From positions 192,001 to 256,000 of the forward strand of contig CAVWVQ010000002.1 of assembly GCA_963758525.1 (NCBI GenBank): DNA of 64,000 nt, in the 5' to 3' direction. Source of the stretch: an uncultured Phycisphaerales bacterium. GTDB taxonomy: Bacteria; Planctomycetota; Phycisphaerae; Tepidisphaerales; Tepidisphaeraceae. The notes under the pieces were generated by a model. The model ran no database searches. It worked only from the letters and a program-made list of their open reading frames with translations, and had not been told where the DNA came from. Below are positions 19,779-29,902 of the stretch, in pieces. The position numbers were made by a program, and so were the translations under genes. Position 1 is the stretch's first letter. Every line of letters begins with the position of its first letter.

Positions 19779-22255
19779 TCACGAACGGTCTTCCCACATG
19801 CTTCGATATGCCGTCTCGACATTCCGGGCAAATCTCGCTCCGTCCATCAACGGCGATTTCGCCAATCGATCGCGCAATGTCAGCCGAAGCTCCCGCAGTC
19901 TCTCCAGGTCATCGCATAGACCAACCACAATCCGCACATAATCCTCCGGTGAAGCCGCGGCCAGAGATTGCAGACCCAGATTGTTCAACTGGCTCCATCC
20001 GGCGCGCAAACCGGCGTATCTCCCACGAGCGTGACGACGGGCACCCCCATCCACAGCGCGTCGAGCGTGGTGGTGTGGCCGTTATAGGGAATCGTTTCCA
20101 GCCCGATATCGATCCGGCGATAGCTCGCCAGGTAACGCCTTCGCGGCATGCGATCGAGAAACTCCACGCGATCCGATCGAACGCCGCCCCGCAGCAACTC
20201 GTCCAACACGCGCTCTCGCGCCGCGCGCGGCGCGAGCAGCAGCAGCCTGGACGCGGGCATGGCTCGCAGCACCGCCGACCACAGGTCCAGCGTCGGCGCG
20301 TTCACTTTGCAAAAGTTGTTCAAACAACCAAAAGTGATGAAGCCATTCGTGATGCACGGCGGATCGTTGACGCGCAGCTCCTGACCCTCAACTCCTGAGC
20401 ACCGTCTTCGACCCTGAGGCTCGGTTCGAGTGAGTTCATCGAAGTCAGCCGCATCGAGAACCCCGACCTCCGAGCTCTCCAGCGGATCGTAACACCAGAA
20501 AGTTTCCGGCAGACGATACGATCGCTCGATGTAGCGGCCGTCGTTCTGCTGACCCGGCGGATCGAGAAACGGATCGGTCAGTCGATAGTCAATCGTCTCC
20601 AATCCCGTCGTCCCGGGATACCCCAGCCAGGTCACCTGCACCGGCGCTGGCTTGCGCCAAAGACCAGCAGCCGATTGTCGGCCATGTGCAGCGAGAGATC
20701 GACCAGAACATCAATGCCATCGGCACGAACCAGATCCGCCAGCGCGGAATCCGACAATCCGCATGTATTACGCCAGACGTCAACGCAGCCGCGTATTTGA
20801 GCCGTGATGACGTCCGGCACCAGGACATCGCCATAGGCAAACACCTCGACACTGCGACGATCGTGATGCTTCAGCAACGGGACCGTAAAGAACGACTGGC
20901 AATGATCGCGAAAATTCGGCGCAACGTATCCCACGCGAAGGCGCCCGCGAGCGCCGCCCGACTTTCCCGCCATAGAGGATGCCGGGCCAAGCGCAGCAGC
21001 GTGCTGAGCGTTCCAGACCCGGTGCGCCTCGCGAATTCGTTCGGCAGAACAGCCGGGAAGAAAATACATGGTGTACAGCCGGTTGCTGTGCGCCGCCTGA
21101 TTATTCGGGTCCAGGTCGATCGCGCTGATAAGCCGCGAGCGCCCCTCGACGTCGCCAAGATTTTTCAGCGTGTTGCCGGCATTATTGTGTGCCTGGGAAA
21201 ACGCCGGTCGAATCGTCACGGCGCGCTCGAACGCATCGAGCGCCTCGTCGAAGCGTTCCTGCGTATCCAGCGCCGCCGCCAGATTGCTCCAAATCTCCGC
21301 ATCCGAAGGATCGAGCGTCAAGGCCTGGCGATACGCCGACTCGGCCTCTTTCAGCTTGCCTTGTGAACGCAGAGCGTTTCCCAAGTTGTTGAGCGCCCGT
21401 GTCTGACGAGGCTCGCGCCGCAAAGCTTCGCGATACTGTGCAATCCCCTCCTCCACCCTTCCGCTTCCGCACAGCGCAATGCCCAGATTGTTCACTGCGT
21501 CGGACATCTGCGGCTTCTGCGCGATCGCCTCCTTGTACTCCGCGATGGCCTCATCGAACCGCTGCAGCGCCGCCAGCGCCTTGCCAAGATTGAAATGCGC
21601 CTCAGGGAAATTTGGGGTCAGCGCGAGTGCGCGCTGAAGTGATTCCGCCGCCCGAGCGGCTTCGCCGCATTGTTCGCACTGCGCGCGCAAGATTATTCAG
21701 CGCCGTTGCCAGGCTCCGCAAGATCGACGCGTCACCGGCCCGCTGTGCCGCGGCCCGCTCGAGCGTCTCGACCGCCTCGGCATGTTCGCCGCTATTGGTC
21801 AGCAGAGACCCCAGATTGACCGCCGCCTCCGTCAGCGTTGGATCCCTCTGCAGCGCGCTTCGGTAAGCGTCGATCGCCCCGCCGGCATCACCGCGGCTCC
21901 AAAGCGCTGCCCCGAGATTATTCCATGTGTCCGCTGATCCCGGCTCAATCGCCAGTGCCGCGCGATATGCGGCAACCGCCCCGTCGAAATGTTGCATCGT
22001 CGCAAGAATCAATCCGCGGTGACCGTGGTACTTCGCAACCCCATGATCGGCGGCAATAGCAGCTTCGACCGACGCCAACCCCTCGGCGAGCCGTCCCTGC
22101 TGAAACTCAGCCATCCCCAGCATGTGGAGCACTCTCGCGCTCGCAGGGTCGCCCGCCAGCATCTCCCGATACCGTTTCTCCGCCTCCGCCAATCGCCCCG
22201 CCAGATGATGCTCGACGGCCGCCTTCCATTGCTGATCCGTGTCTGCCAGTGACAT
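19779..22255 (-). CDS. TPR-containing SPINDLY/O-GlcNAc transferase-like glycosyltransferase (GT41); several frameshifts (~21685, ~21140+~21123 compensating, ~20655, ~20004)
   Basis: TPR array, then LRVGYV.P.FR.H, DGIDVLVDL..H, P.QVTWLGYPGTTG, ITFG.LNN..K, PYNGHTTT.DALWMGVPVV, spread over four ORFs. Confidence 0.88.
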
Positions 22256-22269
22256 GAAAACCTTTCGCC

Positions 22270-22292
22270 GTGGCACGGGCATCCTGCCCGTG
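22270..22292. repeat. GTGG-type REP single palindrome
   Basis: GTGGCACGGGCATCCTGCCCGTG; degenerate relative near 45033-45058. Confidence 0.6.
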
Positions 22293-22400
22293 TCAGCCGC
22301 GCGGTGCTAAGGAAGATGCCCGATATCGAACGTCCGCAGCCTTCTCCCGCATGAATGGACATCATCATTTGGCCGCAAAAGATGGTATCTAATCCACCAC

Positions 22401-22865
22401 ATGGCGAAAGAACATTTCGAGTTTTTTCAAGAGCCTCTCGAATCCGATCGCGAACTGACACTCGTACTCACCGAATGTCACCCCGCCGAGGCTTCGATTT
22501 TCGGCGTGCCCTTCTACACCTTCGAAATGCGGCACGCGGATACCGCGGCATACATGGGCCGAATTCGTCTTCGCGTCGGCTGGAACGAACAGTGCATTCG
22601 TTTCGCCGGCCAGGTCGGCTACGCCGTCGAGCCCGACTTCCGCGGCCATCACTACGCCGAGCGCGCCTGCCGATTGATTCTCCCTCTCGCCCGCCGGCAT
22701 GGGCTGGCAGAACTGTGGATCACCTCCCAGCCCGACAACCTCGCCAGCCGCCGCACGCTCGAACGGATCGGAGCTGAATTCGTTGAAATTGTCGACGTCC
22801 CCGATTCCTATCCCCTCGACGCCGGCGCGATTCGCCAGAAGGCGTGTTACCGTCTGCGCTGGTGA
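22401..22865 (+). CDS. GNAT-family N-acetyltransferase
   Basis: GQVGYAVEP.FRG.HYA; IT..PDN.ASRRTLE..G. Confidence 0.85.
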   Translation: MAKEHFEFFQEPLESDRELTLVLTECHPAEASIFGVPFYTFEMRHADTAAYMGRIRLRVGWNEQCIRFAGQVGYAVEPDFRGHHYAERACRLILPLARRHGLAELWITSQPDNLASRRTLERIGAEFVEIVDVPDSYPLDAGAIRQKACYRLRW

Positions 22866-22991
22866 GAAGCGCGTGCACAGAAGAATGTTCAGAGCTGTTT
22901 AGAGCCGTTGAAAGGCGCGAACGCTGCATCGGGCGGCGCACACCTCTCCGCCAGTTGAATTCCCGTCCCTGCTCCCGACAATCCTCCCACG

Positions 22992-24677
22992 ATGTATGCA
23001 ATGACTCTGCTCGCGGATGCGGTGGCCGGGCGCTCGATCTCCTGGGACCTGGGAATATTGTCTCTTGCCGTGACGTTTGGGCTGGTCCTTGGCGCGGTGC
23101 GGGTGCGCGGAATCCGCCTGGGCGTGTCCGGGGTGCTCTTCTCGGCGTTGGTCTTCGGCCAATTGGGACTAGGGATCAAGCCGGAGATCCTCGATTTTCT
23201 GCGGGACTTTGCGCTGGTGATTTTTGTCTACGCGATCGGCTTGCAGGTCGGGCCGAGCTTCATCGCGTCGCTGCGCGATGAGGGGCTGAGCCTGAATGTG
23301 TTATCGCTTTGCGTTGTCGTATTAGGAGCGGTGCTGACCGGCGTGATCGCCCGCTGCGTCCATCTTCCTTCTTCGTCGGCCAGCGGCCTGTACAGCGGCG
23401 CGTACACCACGACGCCGGGCCTGGGAGCGGGGCAGGAGGCGATTCTGCACAGCTTCGCGGATCAGCCGGACCGCGCTCGCGCCGAGGTGGCGAAGGCGGG
23501 CCTCGCGTACACCGTCACCTATCCGTTTGGCATGATCGGGCCGATTCTGGCGATCGTCGCATTGCGAAAATGGTTTGGGATTCGCATGAAAGACGAAGCC
23601 GCGCAGCTGGCGGCCGTCGAGCAGACCAAGCGCCCTCCGATCGAAACGGTCGACTTTGAAGTGACCAACGCGGCGCACGCGGGCATCCCGCTGAAGGATC
23701 ATCCCCTGCTGCGCTCGAATGGCGTGTTTTTCAGCCGGATTCTCAGGGAAGACGCGCAGAGCGTGCCGACCGGAGACACACTCGTGCTGGTCGGCGACAT
23801 CTTCCGCGCGCTGGGCACCAAATCGAGCGTCACCGAGGTGGTCGAAGCGATGGGCCGGCCAAGCAAGGCGAATCTGGACAGCGCCACCGGCGATGTTCGC
23901 CGGGCGGATTTTCTGGTGACGCGCACCGACGTCCTGCGCCGTCCGCTGCGCGACCTGGCGGTGATCCGCAAAGCGGGCGTCACCATCGCCCGCATCCATC
24001 GCGCCGGCATCGAGCTGTTCCCCAAAGCCACCATGCGCCTTCAGTTCGGCGACAGCGTCACCGCCATCGGTCCCGATCAGGGAATGCGGGCCGTCGAGCG
24101 ACTGCTCGGCAATTCGCCGGAGGTGCTCAACCGCCCGCAATTGATTCCGATTTTTCTGGGAATCGTCCTGGGCGTCCTCGTCGGCAGTCTGCCGCTGTGG
24201 GTGCCGGGGCTGCACACGCGCGTGCGCATCGGTCTGGCCGGCGGCCCGATGCTCGCCGCGATCATTCTCTCGCAATGGGGACACATCGGAAAAGTTGTCT
24301 GGTATATGCCTGTCGCCGCCAACCAGCTGTTCCGCGACTTCGGGCTGGCGGTCTTTCTCGCATGCGTCGGGCTGCAATCGGGAGATCATTTTCTGCAGCG
24401 TCTTCACGATCACGGCGGAGGGATGTTCATTCTGTGGGGCGCGGTGATCACCATGCTCCCCGTGATGGCAATCGGAGCGATCGCGCGCGTCTGGTTCAAG
24501 ATGAACTTCATCACGCTCGCCGGCTGGCTCGCCGGCGCGATGACCAGCCTGCCCGCCCTCCTCTTTGCCAACGAGATCGCGGAGTCCGACGCACCGTCTG
24601 TCGCGTACGCTGCCGTGGCCCCGTTGGCGCTGCTCACGCCGATCATCTGTGCGCAGCTTCTGGTGTTGCTGACGTGA
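22992..24677 (+). CDS. AspT/YidE/YbjL-family transporter with two TrkA-C domains
   Basis: FVYAIGLQVGP.F, G.YSGA.T.TPGLGA, YPFG, GLAGGP, GAMTS.PAL. Confidence 0.88.
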   Translation: MYAMTLLADAVAGRSISWDLGILSLAVTFGLVLGAVRVRGIRLGVSGVLFSALVFGQLGLGIKPEILDFLRDFALVIFVYAIGLQVGPSFIASLRDEGLSLNVLSLCVVVLGAVLTGVIARCVHLPSSSASGLYSGAYTTTPGLGAGQEAILHSFADQPDRARAEVAKAGLAYTVTYPFGMIGPILAIVALRKWFGIRMKDEAAQLAAVEQTKRPPIETVDFEVTNAAHAGIPLKDHPLLRSNGVFFSRILREDAQSVPTGDTLVLVGDIFRALGTKSSVTEVVEAMGRPSKANLDSATGDVRRADFLVTRTDVLRRPLRDLAVIRKAGVTIARIHRAGIELFPKATMRLQFGDSVTAIGPDQGMRAVERLLGNSPEVLNRPQLIPIFLGIVLGVLVGSLPLWVPGLHTRVRIGLAGGPMLAAIILSQWGHIGKVVWYMPVAANQLFRDFGLAVFLACVGLQSGDHFLQRLHDHGGGMFILWGAVITMLPVMAIGAIARVWFKMNFITLAGWLAGAMTSLPALLFANEIAESDAPSVAYAAVAPLALLTPIICAQLLVLLT

Positions 24678-24808
24678 TTCCGCAGCGTCCCGAACGGCGA
24701 CGAACGGGCTCACTCGACCGGCAGCAAGCCCTGCGTCGGGGCACGCTCTGGAGCGCCGGCTCCCAAAATTCACAGGAAGTCGCCATTTCGCAAAGGGAGT
24801 GCATGAAT

Positions 24809-24992
24809 TTAAGGCGGAACAATCCCCAAATCCCGAAATTTTCCTGGCCAGAATGTCCCCGATCTCACTGTGCCGCGGAACAGCCGTCCGCCGACGATTC
24901 GCCGGGTTTCCCCACCAGGAATGTTTCGCTCCCTCTCGAATCAAAACACAGCCATGACGTTGCATGTGTGCGATCAGGTCGCGGCGCTTCAC
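24809..24992 (-). CDS. hicA: HicA toxin (mRNA interferase); frameshift near the C-terminus (~24836)
   Basis: MKRRDLI.H...GC.LIREGAKHS.W.NP....TAVPRH.EI..LARKI; RDLGIVPP* continues in another frame. Confidence 0.85.
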
Positions 24993-25198
24993 GCCGACAC
25001 ACTGGCTTCTTCGAATGCCCCCGTCGCTGCGGCCAAAGCGTCGGCGCGATTCATTTCCAGAGCTTCAATCAGCGCCGAGCGGAGATTCTCCAACAGCTCG
25101 TCACGGGTTGCGCCTTGGGAATTCACTCCGGGAATTTCTTCAATCCAGCCGATCCACCACTCACCGTCACGTTGGATTACAGCCCGATAGTTCGCCAT
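24989..25198 (-). CDS. hicB: HicB antitoxin (short, partial RNase H fold only)
   Basis: Y.AVIQRDGEWWIGWIEEIPGVNSQG.T..EL.ENL; overlaps the hicA start. Confidence 0.88.
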   Translation of the reverse strand: MANYRAVIQRDGEWWIGWIEEIPGVNSQGATRDELLENLRSALIEALEMNRADALAAATGAFEEASVSA

Positions 25199-25270
25199 GG
25201 GAAACCTCTCTGTCTCGCCGGATTATACGCGAGAGCAGAAGGAGGCAAGACCACTTGCGCCTGGCAGGGG

Positions 25271-25905
25271 CTATCGACTTGGAGCGCCCTCCGCTCCGGG
25301 CTCATATTCGTTGGTGGCGCGCCCTTTGATCTGGAGAAATTGGGCCAATTGTTCAGCGGACACCATCCCGGACAGCCTCGACTCATCAATCGCCGTGTGA
25401 AGCAGAATTTGTGAAACGTCGTAGTCGTCCTTCACTCGTCCCGCCCGAAGCTTCATCGCGATCAGATCGTGCGGTTCGGCATGCGAATGAGGCGGCCGAC
25501 CAGTTCCACCTCAATCGCATTTCTCACGATCTGGTCAGCGTAGTCATCTTTCCGCAGGTCAACCTGAATACCGCTCTTGTGGTACAGCTTATAAACGCAG
25601 TCCGGCGCAAAATGATGCTTCTCCATTTGCGCGGGGTGATTGGAAAGTATTTCCATGTGGCCGGCGACGGCCACGAAATCAACATCCTCCGTGAATCGCG
25701 CGCGGCCATAATACATGGCGGCAACCCCACCGATCAGCGAATAGCCAATCTTGAGCTATTCAAAGAGTGCGACCGCGTCGAGCAACGGCTGCGCGTATGG
25801 AACCCAAGCTTCGGGATTGCCGTTCACCAGAAGCTCCGATTTGAGCGCACGACCGTAATCCATGCGGTCCAAGACGCGTCCGAGCCGATTGCTGGGAGCA
25901 GTCAT
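25271..25905 (-). pseudogene. Nucleotidyltransferase-fold protein with in-frame TAG (25756-25758) and frameshift (~25482)
   Basis: MTAPSNRL..LLDAVALFE*LKIGYSLIGGVAAMYYGRARFTEDVDFV...AEPHDLIAMKLRAGRVKDDYD. Confidence 0.75.
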
Positions 25906-25978
25906 GGGCTGATTCTAAATGACCTTGCGCGAACACGCGCTGTCAATCTGCCAGGTGCCGCGCAAACCCATGAAGAGG

Positions 25979-26075
25979 GAACACGAATCTGCACGAATGA
26001 AGCACGAATCTCACGAATAAACGCGGCGAAATCTGCTTCGTGAAGATTCGTGCGAATTCGTGTCGATTCGTGTTC
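25979..26075. repeat. Inverted element built from spaced CACGAAT units
   Basis: 4x CACGAAT on the left arm, 4x (A)TTCGTG on the right arm. Confidence 0.8.
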
Positions 26076-26226
26076 TGCATTTTTAGGTCATTGCGGGACC
26101 GGGCGTGATCGCGCAGGGGCAAGGAGATTGGCGGACGCTCATTGTAGCGGATCGTAGCGGGCATCGGCGGACGGCATCGGCGGACGGCTTGCGCCACACC
26201 CGTCGTGACGCTATCATCCAGCCCAC

Positions 26227-27156
26227 ATGGGAAAGCCGAGGAATCCGTGGGTCGACCGCCTTCAGTACATCGGCCTGCGCGTGGTGTCGATGGCCCTGCA
26301 CAGCTTTCCCATTGATGCCAACCTGGAAACGGCCAGGTTGCTCGGGTCGCTGATTTATCAAGTCGACAAGAAGCATCGCGACCGAAGTCTCGGCAATCTG
26401 CGCCGCAGCTTTCCGGACATGCCGGAGCGGAAACGCGAGGAACTCGCGCGGCACAGCGTGCAGCAACTGATCATGCTCTTCGTGGAGGTGCTCTTCACCA
26501 CCCGCCTCATCCGCATCGATACGTGGTCGCGTTTCGTTGAACTCGAGAAGTTCGACGAGGTGATCAAGCTGCTCATGGAACGCGACCGCGGCCTGATTCT
26601 CCTCACCGGGCATTATGGAAATTGGGAAATCCTCGGTTACGTGCTGGCAACGCTCGGCTTTGAAACCACCAGCGTCGCCCGCCCGCTGGATAATCCCTAC
26701 GTCAACCGCTGGCTGATGGGCGTTCGCGAGAAGCAAGGTCAGCGCATCATCGCGAAAAAGGGAGCGACCAGCGAAATCACCGAGGTGCTCGATGCCAAAG
26801 GGGCGGTTGGATTCATCGCCGATCAGAATGCCGGGTCCAAGGGAATCTTCGTTGACTTCTTTGGCCGTAAGGCCAGCACGTACAAGTCGATTGGCTTACT
26901 TGCGATGCATTATAATGTGCCGGTGGTGATCGGCTATGCCCGTCGGCAGGGCGCTTCGTTTCAATTCAAGATCGGCTCGCAGGACATCATTCATCCCGCC
27001 GATTGGAAGTCGCAGGACGATCCATTGCGGTACATCACGCAGCGGTACACGAAAGCGATCGAGGAGATGGTGCGCGTCGATCCCGGGCAATATCTCTGGG
27101 TGCACCGCCGGTGGAAGACCCGGCCGAAGGGGGAAGTGGCTGAAACGTTTGATTGA
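26227..27156 (+). CDS. Lipid A late acyltransferase (LpxL/HtrB family)
   Basis: GHYGNWE, RPLDNP, ADQ, DFFGR.A, P.QYLW.HRRWK. Confidence 0.88.
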   Translation: MGKPRNPWVDRLQYIGLRVVSMALHSFPIDANLETARLLGSLIYQVDKKHRDRSLGNLRRSFPDMPERKREELARHSVQQLIMLFVEVLFTTRLIRIDTWSRFVELEKFDEVIKLLMERDRGLILLTGHYGNWEILGYVLATLGFETTSVARPLDNPYVNRWLMGVREKQGQRIIAKKGATSEITEVLDAKGAVGFIADQNAGSKGIFVDFFGRKASTYKSIGLLAMHYNVPVVIGYARRQGASFQFKIGSQDIIHPADWKSQDDPLRYITQRYTKAIEEMVRVDPGQYLWVHRRWKTRPKGEVAETFD

Positions 27157-27202
27157 ACGGCGTGGTGCGCACCGATCCATGCACTTTGGGTTTACGTGGC
27201 GT

Positions 27203-28090
27203 TCAGCGGCCTGCGGGCACACCGTTTTGCAGCGCAGCGCCCTTGGTGAGTTGCCGGCCGGCGGCGTAGTCGTTTTGATCCAGAAGTGACTGCACGCGCT
27301 CGATGCGCGTGGTGGCCAGCGGGTGCGTGCGAAGCATTTCGGGAGTACCGCCCGGTGACTCGGCTTCCAGTTTCTTGAGCACGTTCATCACGCCCATCAT
27401 TTCGTGGGGATCGTACCCCGCCTGGGCCATGTATTTCATGCCGTATTCGTCCGCCTGCGATTCATCCTCGCGGCTGTAGCGCAACTGGAACATCTGATTG
27501 GCCATCTGCGCCGCGGCCGATTCGGCGTAACCGTGGCGGTCGTTGCTGGCGCCCACCGCCACGCCGACGGCAAGCGTCTGGCCGAGCTGGCCCTTCTCCA
27601 TCTGCTGCGCCGAGTGCCGCCAGATGACGTGGCCCGTTTCATGGCCGAGCACTCCGGCGAGTTCCGCCTCGTCCTCGAGCCGATTCAGCAATCCGCGGGT
27701 GATAAAAATCTGCCCGCCAGGGAGCGCGAAGGCGTTGACGGTCCGCGGGTCGTCGAGCAGGTGATAGTGAAAATTGCTCGCGTACGGGCTCTTGGAGGCG
27801 TCGCTCCGGGTGGCCAGTTGCTGGCCGATGGTTTCGACCTCCCGGGCTGCCGGGTCCGATTGCGGATCGGCCTCGCCTCCCATCTGCGAGGCCATCTGCG
27901 GCGCGGCCTGCAGACCGAGCGACATTTCCTGATCGGCGGTCATGGAAAGATGCTGGGTGACGCCGGTCACGGGATTGACCTGCGTGTGCGAGTAGTAGCG
28001 AATGACGCCGAAAATCATGATCGCCAGGCCGGCGATCCACGTGAGATGAAATCCAGGGCGGGGCCCTTCGCTGTCACCGAAGATTGACAT
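27203..28090 (-). CDS. Peptidase M48 family zinc metalloprotease
   Basis: NAFALPGG, ELAGVLGHETGH (HEXXH), YSR.DE..AD, THP. Confidence 0.9.
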   Translation of the reverse strand: MSIFGDSEGPRPGFHLTWIAGLAIMIFGVIRYYSHTQVNPVTGVTQHLSMTADQEMSLGLQAAPQMASQMGGEADPQSDPAAREVETIGQQLATRSDASKSPYASNFHYHLLDDPRTVNAFALPGGQIFITRGLLNRLEDEAELAGVLGHETGHVIWRHSAQQMEKGQLGQTLAVGVAVGASNDRHGYAESAAAQMANQMFQLRYSREDESQADEYGMKYMAQAGYDPHEMMGVMNVLKKLEAESPGGTPEMLRTHPLATTRIERVQSLLDQNDYAAGRQLTKGAALQNGVPAGR

Positions 28091-28163
28091 GTTGACCTCG
28101 TTTCTCTTCTGTTCATTTGTGACACAAATTGCAGCAGGCCTCCGGTCCGGCTACGATCATAAT

Positions 28164-28433
28164 ATGCGCATGACCATGAATGTCTCGCTTCCGAGCGACC
28201 TGAAGCGATGGCTGGACGACCAGGTAAAGGCCGGTGGCTACGGCACCGCCAGCGAGTACCTGCGCGACCTCCTGCGCCGGGCCAGAGAGCGTGAGGCCCG
28301 ACGCAAGATTGACGCGTTGCTGGTGGAGGCTGTCGAAAGCGGTGCCAGCACGGTAATGGACGACGCCGATTGGGCTTCGATTCGCAGGTCGGCCAAGGCG
28401 GCGGTCGTTCGACGCCCGAAAAGCAAGCGATGA
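28164..28433 (+). CDS. parD: ParD-family RHH antitoxin
   Basis: MNVSLP..LK.W...QV..GGYGTASEYLRDL.R. Confidence 0.88.
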   Translation: MRMTMNVSLPSDLKRWLDDQVKAGGYGTASEYLRDLLRRAREREARRKIDALLVEAVESGASTVMDDADWASIRRSAKAAVVRRPKSKR

Positions 28434-28786
28434 CGCGCCAGATCCGTCGCTCCAGACAGGTGCGGGAGGACATCATTGCCATCTATGGCTACCTCCACAA
28501 GCGCAGCCCGCAGTCCGCTGAGAGGGTGCTCGATGCCATCGAGCAATCCATCCGCTCACTGGCCAAGACGCCCGGCGTCGGCCGTTACTGGAATACGCCT
28601 GACGGGCGGCTTGAAGGGATAAAGGTCACAACGGTGCGGCCGTATCGAAGCTATCTGATTTTCTTCCGGGCAGCCGGTGACGAGATCGAAGTGTTCCGGA
28701 TTGTTCATGCTGCCCGCGAGCTTGAGCCGCTCGTGGATGGGATCCAGCTTGATTTTGAAACGCCGAGGGAAGACGCCGAGAATTGA
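28430..28786 (+). CDS. parE: ParE/RelE-family toxin
   Basis: DI..I..YL...SP..A.R; L...PG.G; YLIFFR; EV.RIVHAAR; ATGA overlap. Confidence 0.85.
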   Translation: MTRQIRRSRQVREDIIAIYGYLHKRSPQSAERVLDAIEQSIRSLAKTPGVGRYWNTPDGRLEGIKVTTVRPYRSYLIFFRAAGDEIEVFRIVHAARELEPLVDGIQLDFETPREDAEN

Positions 28787-28827
28787 GCAATAAGGCGGTC
28801 TCGAAATCTGCATAGGGGCGTCTGAAA

Positions 28828-28956
28828 ATGGAACAACCCGTGGCAAACGAATACTATGGTGTTACCGTTGAGCGAGCGGCCCGCATCCTTGACGCCTTAG
28901 GCGTCGAAGCCACCACGCGGGTGGAGAAGATCCGAGCCCTCGCAAAGTCGGCGTAG
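28828..28956 (+). pseudogene. Remnant of an XRE-family HTH regulator/antitoxin (C-terminal part)
   Basis: 42-aa ORF containing NEYYGVTVERAARILDALGV, resembling the end of XRE HTH domains; N-terminal helices absent. Confidence 0.45.
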
Positions 28957-29069
28957 TTTTTTCAGGTGCGCTCAGCGGATAGTTGTCGTCATTGAAGCCA
29001 GTCTAGTAGCCTTCGTAGTTCCCGCCATTTTTGAGATTGCCGAAGAAAGAGTTGACGTCGTGCAGCTAC

Positions 29070-29696
29070 TCAAATCGGTCGCGGCTGATAATGCGAAACG
29101 TCGTTCATCAACGCCACGCGCGCCTTCCAGGGCGCGGTGAACTCCAGCACATTCAGGCAAGCCAGGTCCTGCGCTATCGTGTCGCGGTAGGTTCGCATGT
29201 CCATCCCCAGCAGGCTGCAAAGCAGAATGCGGTTGGTGGCCTTGTGCGAAACAACCAGCACGCGCTTCCCCTGCTGCTCGTCTACAATTCCTTGCAGCGC
29301 CGGCAGCGCGCGTTGGAGCACCTGCAGGCCGGTTTCCCCGCCCGGGGGGGCTTCGGTAAATGGATCGGCGTCCCACCTGGAAAATTCTTCGGGAAACTGC
29401 CGCTCGACGTCGTCATGGACCTTTCCCTCCCAATGGCCGTGATCAACTTCGCGCAGCCCGTCCCGCTGATGCGCGACAATCGGGCGATCGCCCAGAGCGA
29501 GTCGCGCGGTATCGATGGCTCGCTGCATGGGGCTGCAATAGGCTACGTCGATGCAGGCGCCGGCGAGCCGCGCGCCGAGCTTCCGCGCCTGTTCTCGGCC
29601 GTCATCGGAGAGGTCGACGTTGGACGAACCGGCGAACCGGTCGGCGGCGCTGAACAGCGTTCCCCCATGTCGAACCAGCAGGATCAGAGTCTTCAT
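29070..29696 (-). CDS. Histidine phosphatase (phosphoglycerate mutase family)
   Basis: LVRHG, SPM.RA..TA, LRE...G.WEG, PGGE, VSH. Confidence 0.9.
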   Translation of the reverse strand: MKTLILLVRHGGTLFSAADRFAGSSNVDLSDDGREQARKLGARLAGACIDVAYCSPMQRAIDTARLALGDRPIVAHQRDGLREVDHGHWEGKVHDDVERQFPEEFSRWDADPFTEAPPGGETGLQVLQRALPALQGIVDEQQGKRVLVVSHKATNRILLCSLLGMDMRTYRDTIAQDLACLNVLEFTAPWKARVALMNDVSHYQPRPI

Positions 29697-29902
29697 CGCT
29701 GAATCTTACAGAATGTTCCCGATCACGCGCAAAACTTGCTTTACATTCTGATGAAACCTGTTATTACACTTCCTCAAGCCGGGGTCGCATCAGGGCAGCG
29801 GGGCATATCGGCTCGAAGCGGCCCAAGGCTACTGACCAGGATAGGCGGTCACGTTCGTGATCGCGACATGGAGTTCCTGGGCTCGCACACGGAGGTGCCG
29901 TC

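Noticed and set aside
23322..24992. 556-aa ORF that looks like a HicA fusion
   Set aside because: Read-through caused by the frameshift at ~24836; the remainder is antisense to the YidE-like transporter
25756..25758. In-frame TAG as possible pyrrolysine/stop-codon recoding
   Set aside because: The same gene also has a frameshift, TAG terminates other genes normally here, and no pyl genes are seen
25979..26075. CRISPR array
   Set aside because: Units are 7 bp, inverted and without unique spacers; no cas genes in the window
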